From assembly GCA_964412665.1 (NCBI GenBank), contig CAYPPR010000009.1, forward strand, positions 18,091 through 82,090: 64,000 bases of DNA. Direction: 5' to 3'. The notes under the pieces were generated by a model, which made no database searches, had not been told where the DNA came from, and was given only the letters and a program-made list of their open reading frames with translations. The translations under genes and the position numbers were made by a program. The stretch is from an uncultured Desulfopila sp. Its GTDB lineage: Bacteria; Desulfobacterota; Desulfobulbia; Desulfobulbales; Desulfocapsaceae. Positions 1 through 10,905 of the stretch are shown here, one piece after another (the stretch's first letter is position 1; every line of letters starts with the position of its first letter).

Positions 1-1
1 T

Positions 2-427
2 ATCGGCAATCGTTTTATCGAGGAAGATGGCGCCGGACTCGCGGTGTTTGATGAATTAGAGAAAATGCAGCCGCTGCCTCTAGAAACAACCCTCATCGAG
101 GGCGGCCTGGCCGGCCTCAACCTCCTGCCGCTCCTGGAACGGGGCGGCAGAGTAGTTTTTGTCGATTCGGTCAAGGGCTACACCCAACCGGGCGAAATTG
201 TCCTGGTCGATTGCCAAAAGGAAATGCCCCCGGACGATGCCGGCCATTATGATCATGGCGCTGGCCTGGCCTATCTCCTGGCCGTGTTACCCAGGGTCTG
301 TGACGGAGAACCGCCGAAGGAAATTGCCCTTGTCGGCCTTGAGGGGAAATGTACCGAAAAAACGATAAAACGGGCTTCCCGCTTGAGCCTTGACATTGCC
401 ACACACGGTTTGAAGGACATCGGATAA
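2..427 (+). CDS. hydrogenase maturation endopeptidase (HyaD/HybD/HoxM-like), 5' end outside window
   Basis: Frame 2 is open from nt 2. The translation IGNRFIEEDGAGLAVFDEL fits the GxGNxxxxDDGxG N-terminal motif of hydrogenase maturation proteases. The later FVDSV and HYDHGAG segments fit the Asp/His metal-ligand regions. The TAA stop at 425-427 overlaps the next ATG. Confidence 0.7.
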   Translation: MGNRFIEEDGAGLAVFDELEKMQPLPLETTLIEGGLAGLNLLPLLERGGRVVFVDSVKGYTQPGEIVLVDCQKEMPPDDAGHYDHGAGLAYLLAVLPRVCDGEPPKEIALVGLEGKCTEKTIKRASRLSLDIATHGLKDIG

Positions 428-3273
428 TGCATAAAAGCAGAGCTGACATGCAGATGGAAATCGATATGCTGCGCGGCGAACTGCAAGTCGCCCGCGAGGC
501 TGCGGAGATCACCGCCGATTTCGTCGTCAAACAGTTTGAACAAACGGAAAGCATGCTGCACAGATTTCAGACTGCCGATGCGGAACGGCAGGCTGTTCTA
601 GATGCCGCGACCCAGCTGTCGATCATCGCCACCGATCTTTTCGGCACCATCCAGCTTTTCAGCAAAGGGGCGGCGACCCTTCTTGGCTACAAGCCGGCGG
701 AGATGATCAGCAAGTGCAGCATTCTCTCCCTGCATCTGGCCGACGAACTGGTGCATTACGGTAAAAAGGTCGGAAAAGTGAGCGGAGCTGCCGGCTCGGA
801 GCTGCAGCACATGAAGGTTTTTGACCAATTTGTCAAACAGAAACACAGCCGCGCCCAGGAGTGGTTTTACGTCTGTAAAGACGGCACGCACCTGCCGGTA
901 AGTCTATCCATCACCAGTCTGTACAACCCCGACGGCCGCATTGCCGGCTACCTCTTTACGGCGATGGACATGACCCTGCAAAAGCAGATGAAACTTGAAC
1001 TCATCCAGGCCAAGGATCTTGCCGAATCGGCCAATGCCTCGAAAGGGGATTTTCTCGCGCGGATGAGTCACGAGATCCGCACGCCGATGAACGGCATTAT
1101 CGGCATGGCCTCCCTGCTGCAAAAGACATCCCTTGAACCAAGACAACAGAATTACACGGAGAAGCTGCTGTCTTCGGCTAATACCCTGCTGACCTTAATC
1201 AATGATATCCTCGATTTTTCGAAGATCGACGCCGGAAAGTTGCAATTGGAAAAAGTTCCTTTTGATCTTAATGATATCCTCGGTAACATTGCCAATGTTA
1301 TCGGCATGCAGGCGGAAAAAAAGGGCCTGGAGTTCCTCTTTCAGATCGATCCCCAGGTTCCCAATACCCTCAGGGGGGATCCCCTGCGTCTGGGCCAGGT
1401 ACTGATGAACCTGGCCGGCAATGCAGTTAAATTTACCGAACAAGGCGAAGTTGTTATTTCAGTAAGCCTGGACGAACGTTTCGAGGAAGAAATTTCCCTG
1501 CGCTTCTCCGTGCGCGACAGCGGTATCGGCCTACAGCAGGAGCAGCTCGTCAGCCTCTTTTCCGCCTTCAGTCAGGCCGACGATTCGATCACCCGAAAAT
1601 ACGGCGGCACAGGTCTTGGACTGGCTATCTGCAAACAGCTGACGGAATTGATGGGCGGAGAAATCCGGGCGGAGGTTGCGCCGGGAAGAGGTGCGGAATT
1701 CATTTTCACGGCGAGGTTGCAAATTTCCGGAAATATTGGCCTGCCGCCAGGGCAAGTGCCGCAACTGCTGCAGGGACGGCGAGCTCTCGTCGTTGATGAC
1801 AACGAGGCGGCCCGGGAGATACTCTCCTCCATGCTGGCTTCGCTGAAAATGAAGGTAGACACGGCTGTCGATGGAAAATCGGCACTGACGTTGCTGGAGC
1901 TGGCGGCGCGGCGGGAAAAACCGTACGATGTCGTTTTGCTCGACTGGATCATGCCCGGCATCGATGGTATTGAGACGGCAAGGAGGATCAAGGCCAACGC
2001 CGCTTTCGCCAAGGTACCGGCCATGTTGATGGTCACCGCCAATGGACGGGAGGAGGCGTATCTCGAAGCCGACAATGCCGGATTGAATGCCTTCCTGGTC
2101 AAGCCGGTCTATGCGTCGGTCATGTACGAGACCTTGCTGGATATTCTCGGTATTGAAACTGTTGCACACCCCTTGGCGGTTGCCAAGAAGAGACAGACGA
2201 CGGATCTACGGAATATCCACGGGGCACGGATCCTGCTCGTCGAGGACAACAGCATCAATCAGGAAGTGGCGACCGCCTTTCTGGAGGAAGCGGGCATGAC
2301 GGTCACGGTGGTCTCGAACGGCCGGGAATGTCTGGCGGCCCTGCAGCAGGCAAGCTATGACCTGGTACTGATGGATATCCAGATGCCGGAGATGGATGGC
2401 CTGGAGGCAACCAGACGGATTCGATGCGACGATCACCTGCGGAAGCTGCCGATAATCGCCATGACAGCCCATGCCATGGCTGGAGACCGGGACAAGAGTC
2501 TTGCCGCAGGGATGAATGAACATATCACCAAACCCATCGATCAGGCGGAACTGTATCAAACCTTAAAATCGTGGATACCGGAGAAGCAGTCGCTAACACA
2601 GCCACATCTTGCCGGCAAGACCGCCGAAGTCACGTCGACAGAGGATGTTTCACTGCCTTTTTTACCTGGAATCAATTTGGAGGAAGCGCTTAAGGCGGTG
2701 AATAATAACAAAACGCTTTTAGTGAAAATGCTCCATGAGTTCAAGAGACACTACTCCGACCTGCCGGACATCCTGCGTGACCAGGCTGTCGCCGGTCAGT
2801 GGCAGGAAATCCAGAATAACGCCCATGCCATAAAAGGTGTTTCAGGTTATATCGGTTCGACGGCACTCATGCAGGCGGCGCAAAAACTGGAAGCTACCGT
2901 GCAAAAGGGCCAGTTGGAGGAGGCGCCGCATCATCTTGACTTCTTTATTGATGCGCTCGACAAGGTCCTCGCCGCTCTCACGGCACTTCCGGCTGCACAG
3001 GTAGAAAGACCAGCTCAAACGCACGATATTGGAGGACGAGTGATCGCGGGGAATGCCATTGAAGAGCTTATGCAGGGACTCATCGAACAACTGAAAAAAG
3101 GCGAAGCCGCCGCCGAAGTGCAGTTCCTCAAAATTGAGCAACACCTTGCCGGGGCTGGATTTGAGCAACATCTGCAAACGGTGGCTAACTTGATAAATGA
3201 CATAGAATACGACCGTGCAGCGGAGATGACCGAGACCCTGCTGGACCAAATCCTGCAGCAGCGGGAGATGTGA
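427..3273 (+). CDS. hybrid sensor histidine kinase (PAS - HisKA - HATPase - REC - REC - HPt)
   Basis: H-box [18 protein letters not shown] boxes [16 protein letters not shown] and [13 protein letters not shown]. Two receiver domains ([22 protein letters not shown] and [25 protein letters not shown]). C-terminal HPt motif [12 protein letters not shown]. Confidence 0.92.
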   Translation: MHKSRADMQMEIDMLRGELQVAREAAEITADFVVKQFEQTESMLHRFQTADAERQAVLDAATQLSIIATDLFGTIQLFSKGAATLLGYKPAEMISKCSILSLHLADELVHYGKKVGKVSGAAGSELQHMKVFDQFVKQKHSRAQEWFYVCKDGTHLPVSLSITSLYNPDGRIAGYLFTAMDMTLQKQMKLELIQAKDLAESANASKGDFLARMSHEIRTPMNGIIGMASLLQKTSLEPRQQNYTEKLLSSANTLLTLINDILDFSKIDAGKLQLEKVPFDLNDILGNIANVIGMQAEKKGLEFLFQIDPQVPNTLRGDPLRLGQVLMNLAGNAVKFTEQGEVVISVSLDERFEEEISLRFSVRDSGIGLQQEQLVSLFSAFSQADDSITRKYGGTGLGLAICKQLTELMGGEIRAEVAPGRGAEFIFTARLQISGNIGLPPGQVPQLLQGRRALVVDDNEAAREILSSMLASLKMKVDTAVDGKSALTLLELAARREKPYDVVLLDWIMPGIDGIETARRIKANAAFAKVPAMLMVTANGREEAYLEADNAGLNAFLVKPVYASVMYETLLDILGIETVAHPLAVAKKRQTTDLRNIHGARILLVEDNSINQEVATAFLEEAGMTVTVVSNGRECLAALQQASYDLVLMDIQMPEMDGLEATRRIRCDDHLRKLPIIAMTAHAMAGDRDKSLAAGMNEHITKPIDQAELYQTLKSWIPEKQSLTQPHLAGKTAEVTSTEDVSLPFLPGINLEEALKAVNNNKTLLVKMLHEFKRHYSDLPDILRDQAVAGQWQEIQNNAHAIKGVSGYIGSTALMQAAQKLEATVQKGQLEEAPHHLDFFIDALDKVLAALTALPAAQVERPAQTHDIGGRVIAGNAIEELMQGLIEQLKKGEAAAEVQFLKIEQHLAGAGFEQHLQTVANLINDIEYDRAAEMTETLLDQILQQREM

Positions 3274-3275
3274 TT

Positions 3276-4196
3276 ATGCACGAGAAGCAAACCCCACGTA
3301 TTCTCATTGTTGATGATGAAATAATGAATTTGAAGGTGCTGGCTGATCTGCTCAAAGATGAGTATACCCCGGTACTCGCTGGCAGTGGTGAGCAGGCGCT
3401 CAAGCACGCTTTTAGTGGCTTTCCACCGGATCTCATCTTACTTGATGTCATGATGCCACACATGGGCGGCTATGAGGTTATTAGAATTCTCAAACATAAT
3501 GACAAGACCAACAACATTCCGGTTATCTTTGTAACTGCCTTGAACTCGATTGAGGATGAAGAGCATGGCTTTATGCTTGGCGCAGTCGATTATATTACCA
3601 AGCCCTTCTCTCCCCCGATCGTCAAGATGCGCGTGCGAAATCACCTGCGCATTGTCCATCAGTACAAGCTGCTGGATCAACTGGCCTACCTCGACGGTCT
3701 TACGGAAATTCCCAATCGACGGCGTTTCGAGGAGGTCTTTCAAAAAGAATGGGCACGGTCGGCCCGCAACAGGACTCCATTTTCACTGGCCATGATCGAT
3801 GTCGATTATTTCAAACAATACAACGATCATTACGGCCACGCAAAAGGCGATTTGACGCTGCAGAAAATCGCCAAGGCCCTGGACAGTATTCTCAAACGGC
3901 CGGGAGATCTTATTGCCCGGTACGGCGGGGAGGAATTTGTTATGGTGCTGCCGGAAACGGATGCTGCCGCGGGCAAAATCATTGCCGACCGGACCCGTCA
4001 GGCAATTATCGACCTGACTATTCCTCACGAATTCTCGGAGGCCGCCGACCTAGTTTCTATCAGTATCGGGTTTGCAACCATCTACATGGATGGCCAGATA
4101 TCACCACAGACCTTTCTAGAGACGACTGATCACAACCTCTACCAGGCCAAACAGACTGGTCGTAACCGAATTATCTGCAGTGTGCTGGGTCGGTAA
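3276..4196 (+). CDS. response regulator receiver - GGDEF diguanylate cyclase (PleD/WspR-like)
   Basis: REC motifs [18 protein letters not shown] and KPF. GGDEF domain with RYGGEEF and an RxxD I-site (RPGD) five residues upstream. ATG at 3276 has GGGAG 8 nt upstream. An alternative GTG at 3270 overlaps the kinase stop. Confidence 0.9.
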   Translation: MHEKQTPRILIVDDEIMNLKVLADLLKDEYTPVLAGSGEQALKHAFSGFPPDLILLDVMMPHMGGYEVIRILKHNDKTNNIPVIFVTALNSIEDEEHGFMLGAVDYITKPFSPPIVKMRVRNHLRIVHQYKLLDQLAYLDGLTEIPNRRRFEEVFQKEWARSARNRTPFSLAMIDVDYFKQYNDHYGHAKGDLTLQKIAKALDSILKRPGDLIARYGGEEFVMVLPETDAAAGKIIADRTRQAIIDLTIPHEFSEAADLVSISIGFATIYMDGQISPQTFLETTDHNLYQAKQTGRNRIICSVLGR

Positions 4197-4210
4197 TTTT
4201 TTCATTACCG

Positions 4211-4236
4211 CAGAGAGTTATCCCAGAGAGTTATCC
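4211..4236. repeat. perfect 13-bp tandem duplication AGAGAGTTATCCC x2
   Basis: Read directly: 4211-4223 equals 4224-4236. The second copy contains the stop codon and last codons of the minus-strand gene ending at 4231. Confidence 0.9.
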
Positions 4237-5352
4237 CGGCAACAAGCCGCCGAAGCCGGGCTTTTCACCGGTCAACCCCTCGGCAAAGGTGATGGTTTTT
4301 CCTGTTGCCACACCTTCATTAAAAGTGCCACCGTAGATCTTCGGTCCAGGTCGTGATATCTTTCTCAGTCTGGGAAAGCGCATGCCGACAAAAACTTCCA
4401 GTCGCTTTTCCTCGGCGACAATGAGATCGCCCACCCTGGGCTGAATGCGCGGATCATCTTTACCCATTTTCTGCTCCTGCAGTTTTTGGTGAAAGCCGCG
4501 TAACAGGCCGAGATAGTAGCTGTTTTTCTCAGTCCTGACCGACCCTTTGAACCGTTTTCTGTTCAAAGACCAGAGCGAAGCCAGTCTATTTTCCAGGAAA
4601 TGATAGCAATACTCGGCAATGGTCACATTTTCTCTCGTGCCTAAAAGCTCAATGGTCTTATAGGTATCGTCCATCAGCGGATCATACAGACTGGAAAGCA
4701 CCACCCTGACAAAGAAGAAATCATGCAGAATGGTGCATATACGCCGCTGATAGCCCTCTATGCGTTTTTTCTTCCGATCAATTATGCCACAACCATAGCG
4801 GTTTGTCTGCTCGCAGCCGAGCTCCCGGATATGGTATTTCTCAATCAGCTCATTGGCCTTCTGCATAGCCAATGCCGCCTCATGTGCATTAGAAGACTGG
4901 GAGAGTGCCAGGAGTTTTTCCACCCGGGCCAGACATTCCCGTCCTTTGGCGGAGATTTTTCCTCCTCCGCCTGCCTGCTCCACCGTCTCGACAACGACGA
5001 CGCCCGCACGACGATATTCCGGCAGCACGCCGAGGAGCTCACAGGCGTGCTGAAAAGCCTCTCCATGGGGAGCGCCGACAATGCCGAACTGTTCGCTGCA
5101 GAGCTGGTGGGCCATTTCATGCTTTAATACCTGCATGGTCACCGACCAGGAATAATTAACAATCAAATGACGACTGAGACGCAGGGTTCGCAGGTCAGGA
5201 CGCCAGGCGCCCAGTTCTTTTTTCGTTTCGGAGATCTCAAAGACCGGCATGCGTAACTGCAGGCCATAACTCATGCAGATTTCTTCAAACTCCAGCTGCA
5301 GCTGCTGCAGCCAGAGATGCTGCAGTTTTTCCATGTTTATATTACTGGTCAT
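4231..5352 (-). CDS. SprT-like zinc metallopeptidase domain fused to a DUF2786-like helical domain and an uncharacterised C-terminal domain
   Basis: HEMAHQL (HExxH) sits in a SprT-like context. LLALSQSSNAHEAALAMQKANELIEKY resembles the DUF2786 signature. The start is placed at the internal ATG (MTSNINMEKLQ). The long ORF extends to 5520, but its N-terminal 56 aa look non-coding. Confidence 0.6.
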   Translation of the reverse strand: MTSNINMEKLQHLWLQQLQLEFEEICMSYGLQLRMPVFEISETKKELGAWRPDLRTLRLSRHLIVNYSWSVTMQVLKHEMAHQLCSEQFGIVGAPHGEAFQHACELLGVLPEYRRAGVVVVETVEQAGGGGKISAKGRECLARVEKLLALSQSSNAHEAALAMQKANELIEKYHIRELGCEQTNRYGCGIIDRKKKRIEGYQRRICTILHDFFFVRVVLSSLYDPLMDDTYKTIELLGTRENVTIAEYCYHFLENRLASLWSLNRKRFKGSVRTEKNSYYLGLLRGFHQKLQEQKMGKDDPRIQPRVGDLIVAEEKRLEVFVGMRFPRLRKISRPGPKIYGGTFNEGVATGKTITFAEGLTGEKPGFGGLLPG

Positions 5353-5603
5353 AGATACCCTTTGTTCGTGTCCAATATCTGTTGTAAAAAATACTGAGCA
5401 ACATAGTGCCCCTTCGCCTTGTTGGCAAGTCCGGCATTCCGTTACCGCCGATATTGGCTTGCGATTAGCCATATCGACGGTATAGTAGTTTTGTAAAATA
5501 ATTTTGTCGTTTATGATCATCAGGTCTTATATTTTTTTGTTAGACGGATCCGTTTCCTGACATAATACACCTGACCAGAATATTATCACCCAAAGGTTGT
5601 GCC

Positions 5604-6413
5604 ATGAAAAAACTTTTTATCTTCTTTATTCTGTTGACCATGTCGGCCTGCGCCACCAGCCCCACTGGACGCAGGCAGCTGATGCTCGTTTCCCCCGAGC
5701 AGGCCATCAGCTCTTCCCGCGAGGCATATGTACAAACCCTCCTGCCTCTGGAAAAAGAAGGCAAGATCGACTCCAATCCGATAACCTCAAAAAGAATCAG
5801 GCTCATCACCGGTCGGATTATCGCCCAGGCGATACAAATCTATCCGCATACACGGAACTGGCAATGGAGTATCAAGGTTATCGATGATCCGGAAATGGTC
5901 AATGCCTGGTGTATGGCCGGCGGCAAGATGGCGATTTATACCGGTCTGATCGATAAGCTGCAGGCCACCGATGACGAGATCGCCCAGGTCATGGGCCATG
6001 AGATCTCCCACGCGCTGGCCAATCATACCGCGGAACGGATGTCCATTGCTCTTGCCACCCAGCTTGGCCTGTCCGGGGTGGCTATTGCCGCCGGCAATAA
6101 TCAATACAAAGGTGCCATCCTGAGCGGCACCTCCCTGGCCGCGGCAACAGCCATAACCCTGCCGAACAGCAGAACCTCCGAAATCGAAGCAGACCGGATG
6201 GGCATAGAGCTGGCGGCGCGAGCCGGCTATGATCCCCGTGCAGCGGCAAGGCTGTGGCAGAAAATGGCCAAGGTCGGCGGCAGCGGGCCGCCACAATTCC
6301 TCAGCACCCACCCCGCTCCGGCAAATCGCCAGCAAACACTTCAGGCGCTCGCCGGGCAGATGATGGGCTATTACCTCGATCCATCACCACGACCGGTCTA
6401 CCAACTGCAATAA
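5604..6413 (+). CDS. M48-family zinc metallopeptidase lipoprotein (YcaL/LoiP/BepA-like)
   Basis: Lipoprotein signal peptide MKKLFIFFILLTMSAC. HEISHALANH HExxH motif followed by EIEADRMG. Confidence 0.85.
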   Translation: MKKLFIFFILLTMSACATSPTGRRQLMLVSPEQAISSSREAYVQTLLPLEKEGKIDSNPITSKRIRLITGRIIAQAIQIYPHTRNWQWSIKVIDDPEMVNAWCMAGGKMAIYTGLIDKLQATDDEIAQVMGHEISHALANHTAERMSIALATQLGLSGVAIAAGNNQYKGAILSGTSLAAATAITLPNSRTSEIEADRMGIELAARAGYDPRAAARLWQKMAKVGGSGPPQFLSTHPAPANRQQTLQALAGQMMGYYLDPSPRPVYQLQ

Positions 6414-6480
6414 TTGCAGATACGACGCCTTTACCAAAGTCTAAAAACTTGATTTTCATCACCCTCGATCTCTTCGTATC

Positions 6481-7782
6481 ATGCTTATAGCAACGACCCA
6501 TAAAAGCACCGACTTCGACGGTCTGGCCTCGGTTATCGCCGCAACCCTGCTCTATCCGGGCTGCATTGGCGTGGTCCCCAAAATGACCAACAGGAATGTC
6601 GAACAATTTCTCTCAACCCATAAGACGGCCTTCAATCTCATTCTGCCCCACGAAGTAGTGCACGATGAGGTAAAAAAACTGATCGTCGTTGATACCAACC
6701 AGTGGCAGCGACTCGATCGACTGGAAAAGCTGGCTGAGCGGCACGACCTGGAGATTGATCTCTGGGACCACCATATGATGGGTGCAGGCGACATCAAGGC
6801 GACCTGGTCATGCCGAGAACAGATCGGCTCGACGGTGACCTTGCTCGCCCGCGAAATGCAGAAGCGCGGCATGGCCCTCACGCCGCTCGACTCCACCGTC
6901 ATGCTCATCGGACTCTACGAGGACACGGGGCACCTCTCCTACCCGTCAACGACTGCGGAAGACGCCCGGGCTGCCGCCTATCTCCTTGATAATCGAGCGG
7001 ATCTGAATGTCGCCTCTTTTTTCCTGAACCCGCCCTACGAAGAGAACCAAAAGGAAATCCTCTTTGAGATGATGAAGGAGACGGATAAATTTACCATCAA
7101 CGGCAACACCGTCGGCTTTAATTGTATTGGTCTGGACAAAAAAGTAACCGATCTGGCGTCAATCGTGAATATGTACCGGAAGATTGTCAATGTCGATGCT
7201 CTTTTTGTCATTTTCACCAATGACAACAGGAATACCATCATTGGTCGCAGCGGTACGGATAAGATCCACATCGGCGCGGCACTGGCCACCCTCGGTGGCG
7301 GCGGACACGCCGGAGCCGGTTCGGCAACGGTAAAAAGCAACGCAATGTCTGCGCAACAGATCAAGGAAAAGATCGTCGCCGGACTTACCGCCGATAAAAC
7401 GGAAAGTATCCGCATCTCCGACATCATGTCCTTTCCGGTCATCTCCGTGCCCCCGGCGACGCCCATGCGAGATGTGCAGCATTTGATGGCCAGGAAAAAG
7501 ATTCGCGGAATCATGGTCATGGAAGACGATACAATCCATGGCATAATTGTTCTCTGGGACCTAAAACGAGTAAAAAAGGAAGAGCATTGGGACAGCCCGG
7601 TCAAAGCGTTCATGTCCAGAAACATTATTACCATCGAACCGGGCAGCGCCCCATCGATTGCCGCCGGGCTGATGATTGAAAACGATGTCGGCTATCTTCC
7701 CGTGGTCGAAAATAACAAAGTGATCGGTATTGTTACCCGGACGGATATTCTTACCTACTATTACGATCTGTTACCGGAATAG
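6481..7782 (+). CDS. DHH/DHHA1 phosphoesterase domain fused to a CBS pair
   Basis: N-terminal THKSTDFDGLAS and WDHH motifs. DHHA1-type GGGGHAGAGS. Two CBS-like repeats at the C-terminus (DIMSFPVISV.., AFMSRNIITIEP..VIGIVTRTDIL). Confidence 0.8.
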   Translation: MLIATTHKSTDFDGLASVIAATLLYPGCIGVVPKMTNRNVEQFLSTHKTAFNLILPHEVVHDEVKKLIVVDTNQWQRLDRLEKLAERHDLEIDLWDHHMMGAGDIKATWSCREQIGSTVTLLAREMQKRGMALTPLDSTVMLIGLYEDTGHLSYPSTTAEDARAAAYLLDNRADLNVASFFLNPPYEENQKEILFEMMKETDKFTINGNTVGFNCIGLDKKVTDLASIVNMYRKIVNVDALFVIFTNDNRNTIIGRSGTDKIHIGAALATLGGGGHAGAGSATVKSNAMSAQQIKEKIVAGLTADKTESIRISDIMSFPVISVPPATPMRDVQHLMARKKIRGIMVMEDDTIHGIIVLWDLKRVKKEEHWDSPVKAFMSRNIITIEPGSAPSIAAGLMIENDVGYLPVVENNKVIGIVTRTDILTYYYDLLPE

Positions 7783-7865
7783 CAGGAACAGTTGTTCCAC
7801 ACCCGCAGGAAGAGGGCTGCGAGTGCAGAACTGTTCAACGAGGGGTGAAGGAAGCAAAAAAGATA

Positions 7866-7894
7866 TTGACTTCGGCGGAACGTTCTGCTAAAAA
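7866..7894 (+). promoter_or_regulatory. putative sigma70-type promoter of tRNA-Gly
   Basis: TTGACT (7866-7871), a 17-nt spacer, then TAAAAA (7889-7894). This lies about 25 nt upstream of the tRNA 5' end. Confidence 0.45.
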
Positions 7895-7918
7895 ACACTT
7901 CCTTTCAGGAATAAATGA

Positions 7919-7993
<75 letters not shown>

Positions 7994-8030
7994 TTTTTTC
8001 TTTTTTTCCTTTTTTACCTTTGCGAATCCA

Positions 8031-10472
8031 TTAACTCTTAAAACAGATACGCTTCACTTCATCGAAGGTCGAAACAAAGTGTGGCGTAATGCCTGCCTTG
8101 ATATGCTCCGGGAGCATCTCGAAATCTTCCTGATTTTCCTTCGGCAAAATAACCTCCTGTACCCTCGCCCGTTTCGAGGCAATCATCTTTTCCTTCACCC
8201 CCCCGATCGGCATGACCAGGCCACTGAGCGTTAACTCTCCGGTCATGGCTATGTTTGGACGTATCGCCTGATTCATAACCATCGAATAGATCGAGCAGGC
8301 CATGGTAATCCCGGCCGATGGTCCATCCTTTGGCGTTGCCCCGGCCGGCACATGCAGATGCACGAGGTTTTTGTTGAAGAGCTCAATCCCCTTGCTGTTT
8401 TCTTTCATCAGGGAACGGATATAACTATAGGCGATTTCAGACGATTCGACCATAACCTTGCCCAACTGACCGGTTTGTTTGAAACCAGCCTGCCCCGTGG
8501 GAATGAGAATAGATTCAATATACAGGGTTGCTCCTCCCATGCTGGTAAAGGCGAGCCCGGTGATAACCCCGACTCGAGGCTTGGAGTAGGCCTGTTCTTC
8601 GGAAAAAAATCGCTTGCCGAGCAGCTCTTTCAGTTCATCTTTGTGGATGCGAATATTCTGCTCCGGGTTTTCGATGATCTTGTTCACCGATTTACGCATA
8701 ATTTTTTTGATACAATTTTCCAAACCGCGCACTCCCGCTTCACGGGCATACCCATCAACGATTGCTCCGAGCAACGCTTTGGACAGGGTGATCTGTTTCG
8801 GGGTCAGGCCATGCTCTTTCAGTTGCTTCGGGACAAGATGCCTCCTGGCGATCTCCACCTTTTCTTCGAGAATATAGCCGGGCAACTCGATAGTCTCCAT
8901 CCTGTCCATGAGCGGCGAAGGGATGGTATCCAGCTGGTTGGCCGTACAGATAAAGAAAATTTTTGACAAATCAAAACGCACGTCGAGATAATGATCAAGA
9001 AAATCGCGGTTCTGTTCCGGATCGAGCACCTCGAGGAGGGCCGAAGCGGGATCACCGTGAAAGCTGGCGCCGATCTTATCGATTTCATCGAGCATGATAA
9101 CCGGATTAGCCGTCTTGCAGGATTTTATGGCCTGGATAAACTTTCCAGGCATGGCACCGATGTACGTCCGACGATGCCCCTTTATTTCTGCCTCATCGCG
9201 CATGCCGCCAAGGGAAAAACGAAAGAATTCCCGCCCAAGACTTTGCGCGACCGACCGTCCTATCGAGGTCTTACCGACACCCGGCGGACCTTGCAGAAGC
9301 AGAATTGTTCCGGACAAATCTCCTTTTATCACACCGACGGAGATCAGTTCTAGAATCCGATTTTTGACATCCTGCAGACCATAGTGATCCCGGTCAAGAA
9401 TTCTCGCCGCCTTCTTCTGGTCGTAACTATCTTTTGAGTAGATTCCCCAAGGGAGAATGGTCAGCCAGTCAAGATAGGTCCGCGTAATATTGAACTCGGG
9501 CGAAGAGGCGCCCAGAAGCTTGAGCTTTTCCAGCTCTTCCTGTATCTTGTTTTTCGCTTCCTCCGAAGGCACCAGTTTCTTCAGCCGGTTTTGATATTTT
9601 TCCAGCTCCGCCTGGGTATCGTCTTTTGCCAGGCCCAGCTCTTTTTTTATCTCCTGCAGTTGCTGCTTTAAGAAAAATTCCCGTTGCTGCTTGGAAAGCT
9701 GTTCCTCAATGCGCTTGGATATTTTGGCTTTCAGTTTGGAAATCTCTACCTCGTTCTTCAGGAGAATCAATACTCTTTCCAGCCGCTGGCGTACCTTCTG
9801 CGTCTCGAGAATTTTTTGAATTTCCGTCCCGGAAGAAGTGGTCATAGAGGCGGCGAAATCGGCTAACGAACCGGGATCACTGAGATTGATTCGCTCAATA
9901 AGCAGACTCAAACCCTCTTTAAACAAGGGGTTCATATTGACCAGATCCTTGATGCAATCAATGATCGCCACCGAATAGGCTTTCAGTTCGTCGGTGTTTT
10001 CCTCTATATTCTCAAACCAGTAATTCACCTTGGCGGTAAAAATGGAATCGGTTTTCGTCATCGCGACGATATCGAACCGTTCCAGGGCCTGCACCAATAC
10101 CTGCAAGGGCTCCCCTGGTTTAAAGGGTGACACCTGAATCACTCTGGCTACCGAGCCTACCTTAAAAAAATCCTCCCCGCTCTCCGCGGCATGAGCGAGA
10201 CCATCTTCTTTCGGCTTTTGCAAGACAAGGCCAAAATAGAGCGGGGTATTCTGGTTGACATGTTTCATGACTGCCTTTTGCAGAACCGTATCGTCAATAA
10301 TGACCGGCCCCATCATCTTCGGAAACATCGGCCGATCATGCAGCGGAATAATCATCAACCTCTCAGGCAACAGATCCTTGGCCAATACTAATGATTTTGA
10401 AGAGTCATTTTCCTTTTCATCCCCGGGAGATTCTATGCCGTCAGGGGTCAAAACAGTCGTGTCATCTGCCAT
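8031..10472 (-). CDS. lon: ATP-dependent Lon protease (LonA)
   Basis: 813 aa. N-terminal LON substrate-binding domain, Walker [10 protein letters not shown], Walker [10 protein letters not shown], and the protease motif PKDGPSAG with the catalytic Ser. GGAGAG SD upstream. Confidence 0.97.
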   Translation of the reverse strand: MADDTTVLTPDGIESPGDEKENDSSKSLVLAKDLLPERLMIIPLHDRPMFPKMMGPVIIDDTVLQKAVMKHVNQNTPLYFGLVLQKPKEDGLAHAAESGEDFFKVGSVARVIQVSPFKPGEPLQVLVQALERFDIVAMTKTDSIFTAKVNYWFENIEENTDELKAYSVAIIDCIKDLVNMNPLFKEGLSLLIERINLSDPGSLADFAASMTTSSGTEIQKILETQKVRQRLERVLILLKNEVEISKLKAKISKRIEEQLSKQQREFFLKQQLQEIKKELGLAKDDTQAELEKYQNRLKKLVPSEEAKNKIQEELEKLKLLGASSPEFNITRTYLDWLTILPWGIYSKDSYDQKKAARILDRDHYGLQDVKNRILELISVGVIKGDLSGTILLLQGPPGVGKTSIGRSVAQSLGREFFRFSLGGMRDEAEIKGHRRTYIGAMPGKFIQAIKSCKTANPVIMLDEIDKIGASFHGDPASALLEVLDPEQNRDFLDHYLDVRFDLSKIFFICTANQLDTIPSPLMDRMETIELPGYILEEKVEIARRHLVPKQLKEHGLTPKQITLSKALLGAIVDGYAREAGVRGLENCIKKIMRKSVNKIIENPEQNIRIHKDELKELLGKRFFSEEQAYSKPRVGVITGLAFTSMGGATLYIESILIPTGQAGFKQTGQLGKVMVESSEIAYSYIRSLMKENSKGIELFNKNLVHLHVPAGATPKDGPSAGITMACSIYSMVMNQAIRPNIAMTGELTLSGLVMPIGGVKEKMIASKRARVQEVILPKENQEDFEMLPEHIKAGITPHFVSTFDEVKRICFKS

Positions 10473-10574
10473 TCTTTCTCTCCTGTTGTTTTGTAACTGA
10501 ATTTAAATAATTTTTTTTCAGCTTAAATATCTATTGAGCTTCAGTGAGCTTGCATAAAGTGAATAAGTATTAGT

Positions 10575-10603
10575 ATTCTAGGTCGACTAACCACAGGAGT
10601 CAA
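10575..10603 (-). promoter_or_regulatory. putative sigma70-type promoter upstream of lon
   Basis: On the minus strand, TTGACT (10603-10598), a 17-nt spacer, then TAGAAT (10580-10575). This leaves a leader of about 95 nt. Confidence 0.45.
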
Positions 10604-10715
10604 TCCACAGCGGTTATCATTGATCTCTCTGAAAGCGGTATTATTTTATTAAGGATGCTTTATTGCTATGTGTCTCGAGTAAAACACACAAAAATAATTT
10701 TTCAGAGGACATATT

Positions 10716-10889
10716 ATGGCATACCAAATTCATGCAATTACACTTGAGGAAGAATTTAAACTCTGCCCCCTGTGTAATTACCAAGACGGCTTTCATTCGA
10801 TGCTGCAACGTGACGGAGAAGAGATACGGTGGTTATTCATCTGCCCCTCCTGCCATGAAGTTTTTGATATTGGCCGAACCCTGAAATAA
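10716..10889 (+). CDS. 57-aa zinc-ribbon protein (CPLC...CPSC), below the 60-aa cut-off of the ORF track
   Basis: ATG at 10716 with GAGGA 7 nt upstream. Translation: MAYQIHAITLEEEFKLCPLCNYQDGFHSMLQRDGEEIRWLFICPSCHEVFDIGRTLK. Stop at 10887-10889, 17 nt before the nitroreductase ATG. Confidence 0.6.
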   Translation: MAYQIHAITLEEEFKLCPLCNYQDGFHSMLQRDGEEIRWLFICPSCHEVFDIGRTLK

Positions 10890-10905
10890 AACCGACTGAG
10901 GTGTA

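Noticed and set aside
10663-10884. 73-aa ORF on the track upstream of the nitroreductase
   Set aside because: It has no SD, and its translation has no features. An overlapping 57-aa frame with an SD and two CxxC pairs explains the region better.
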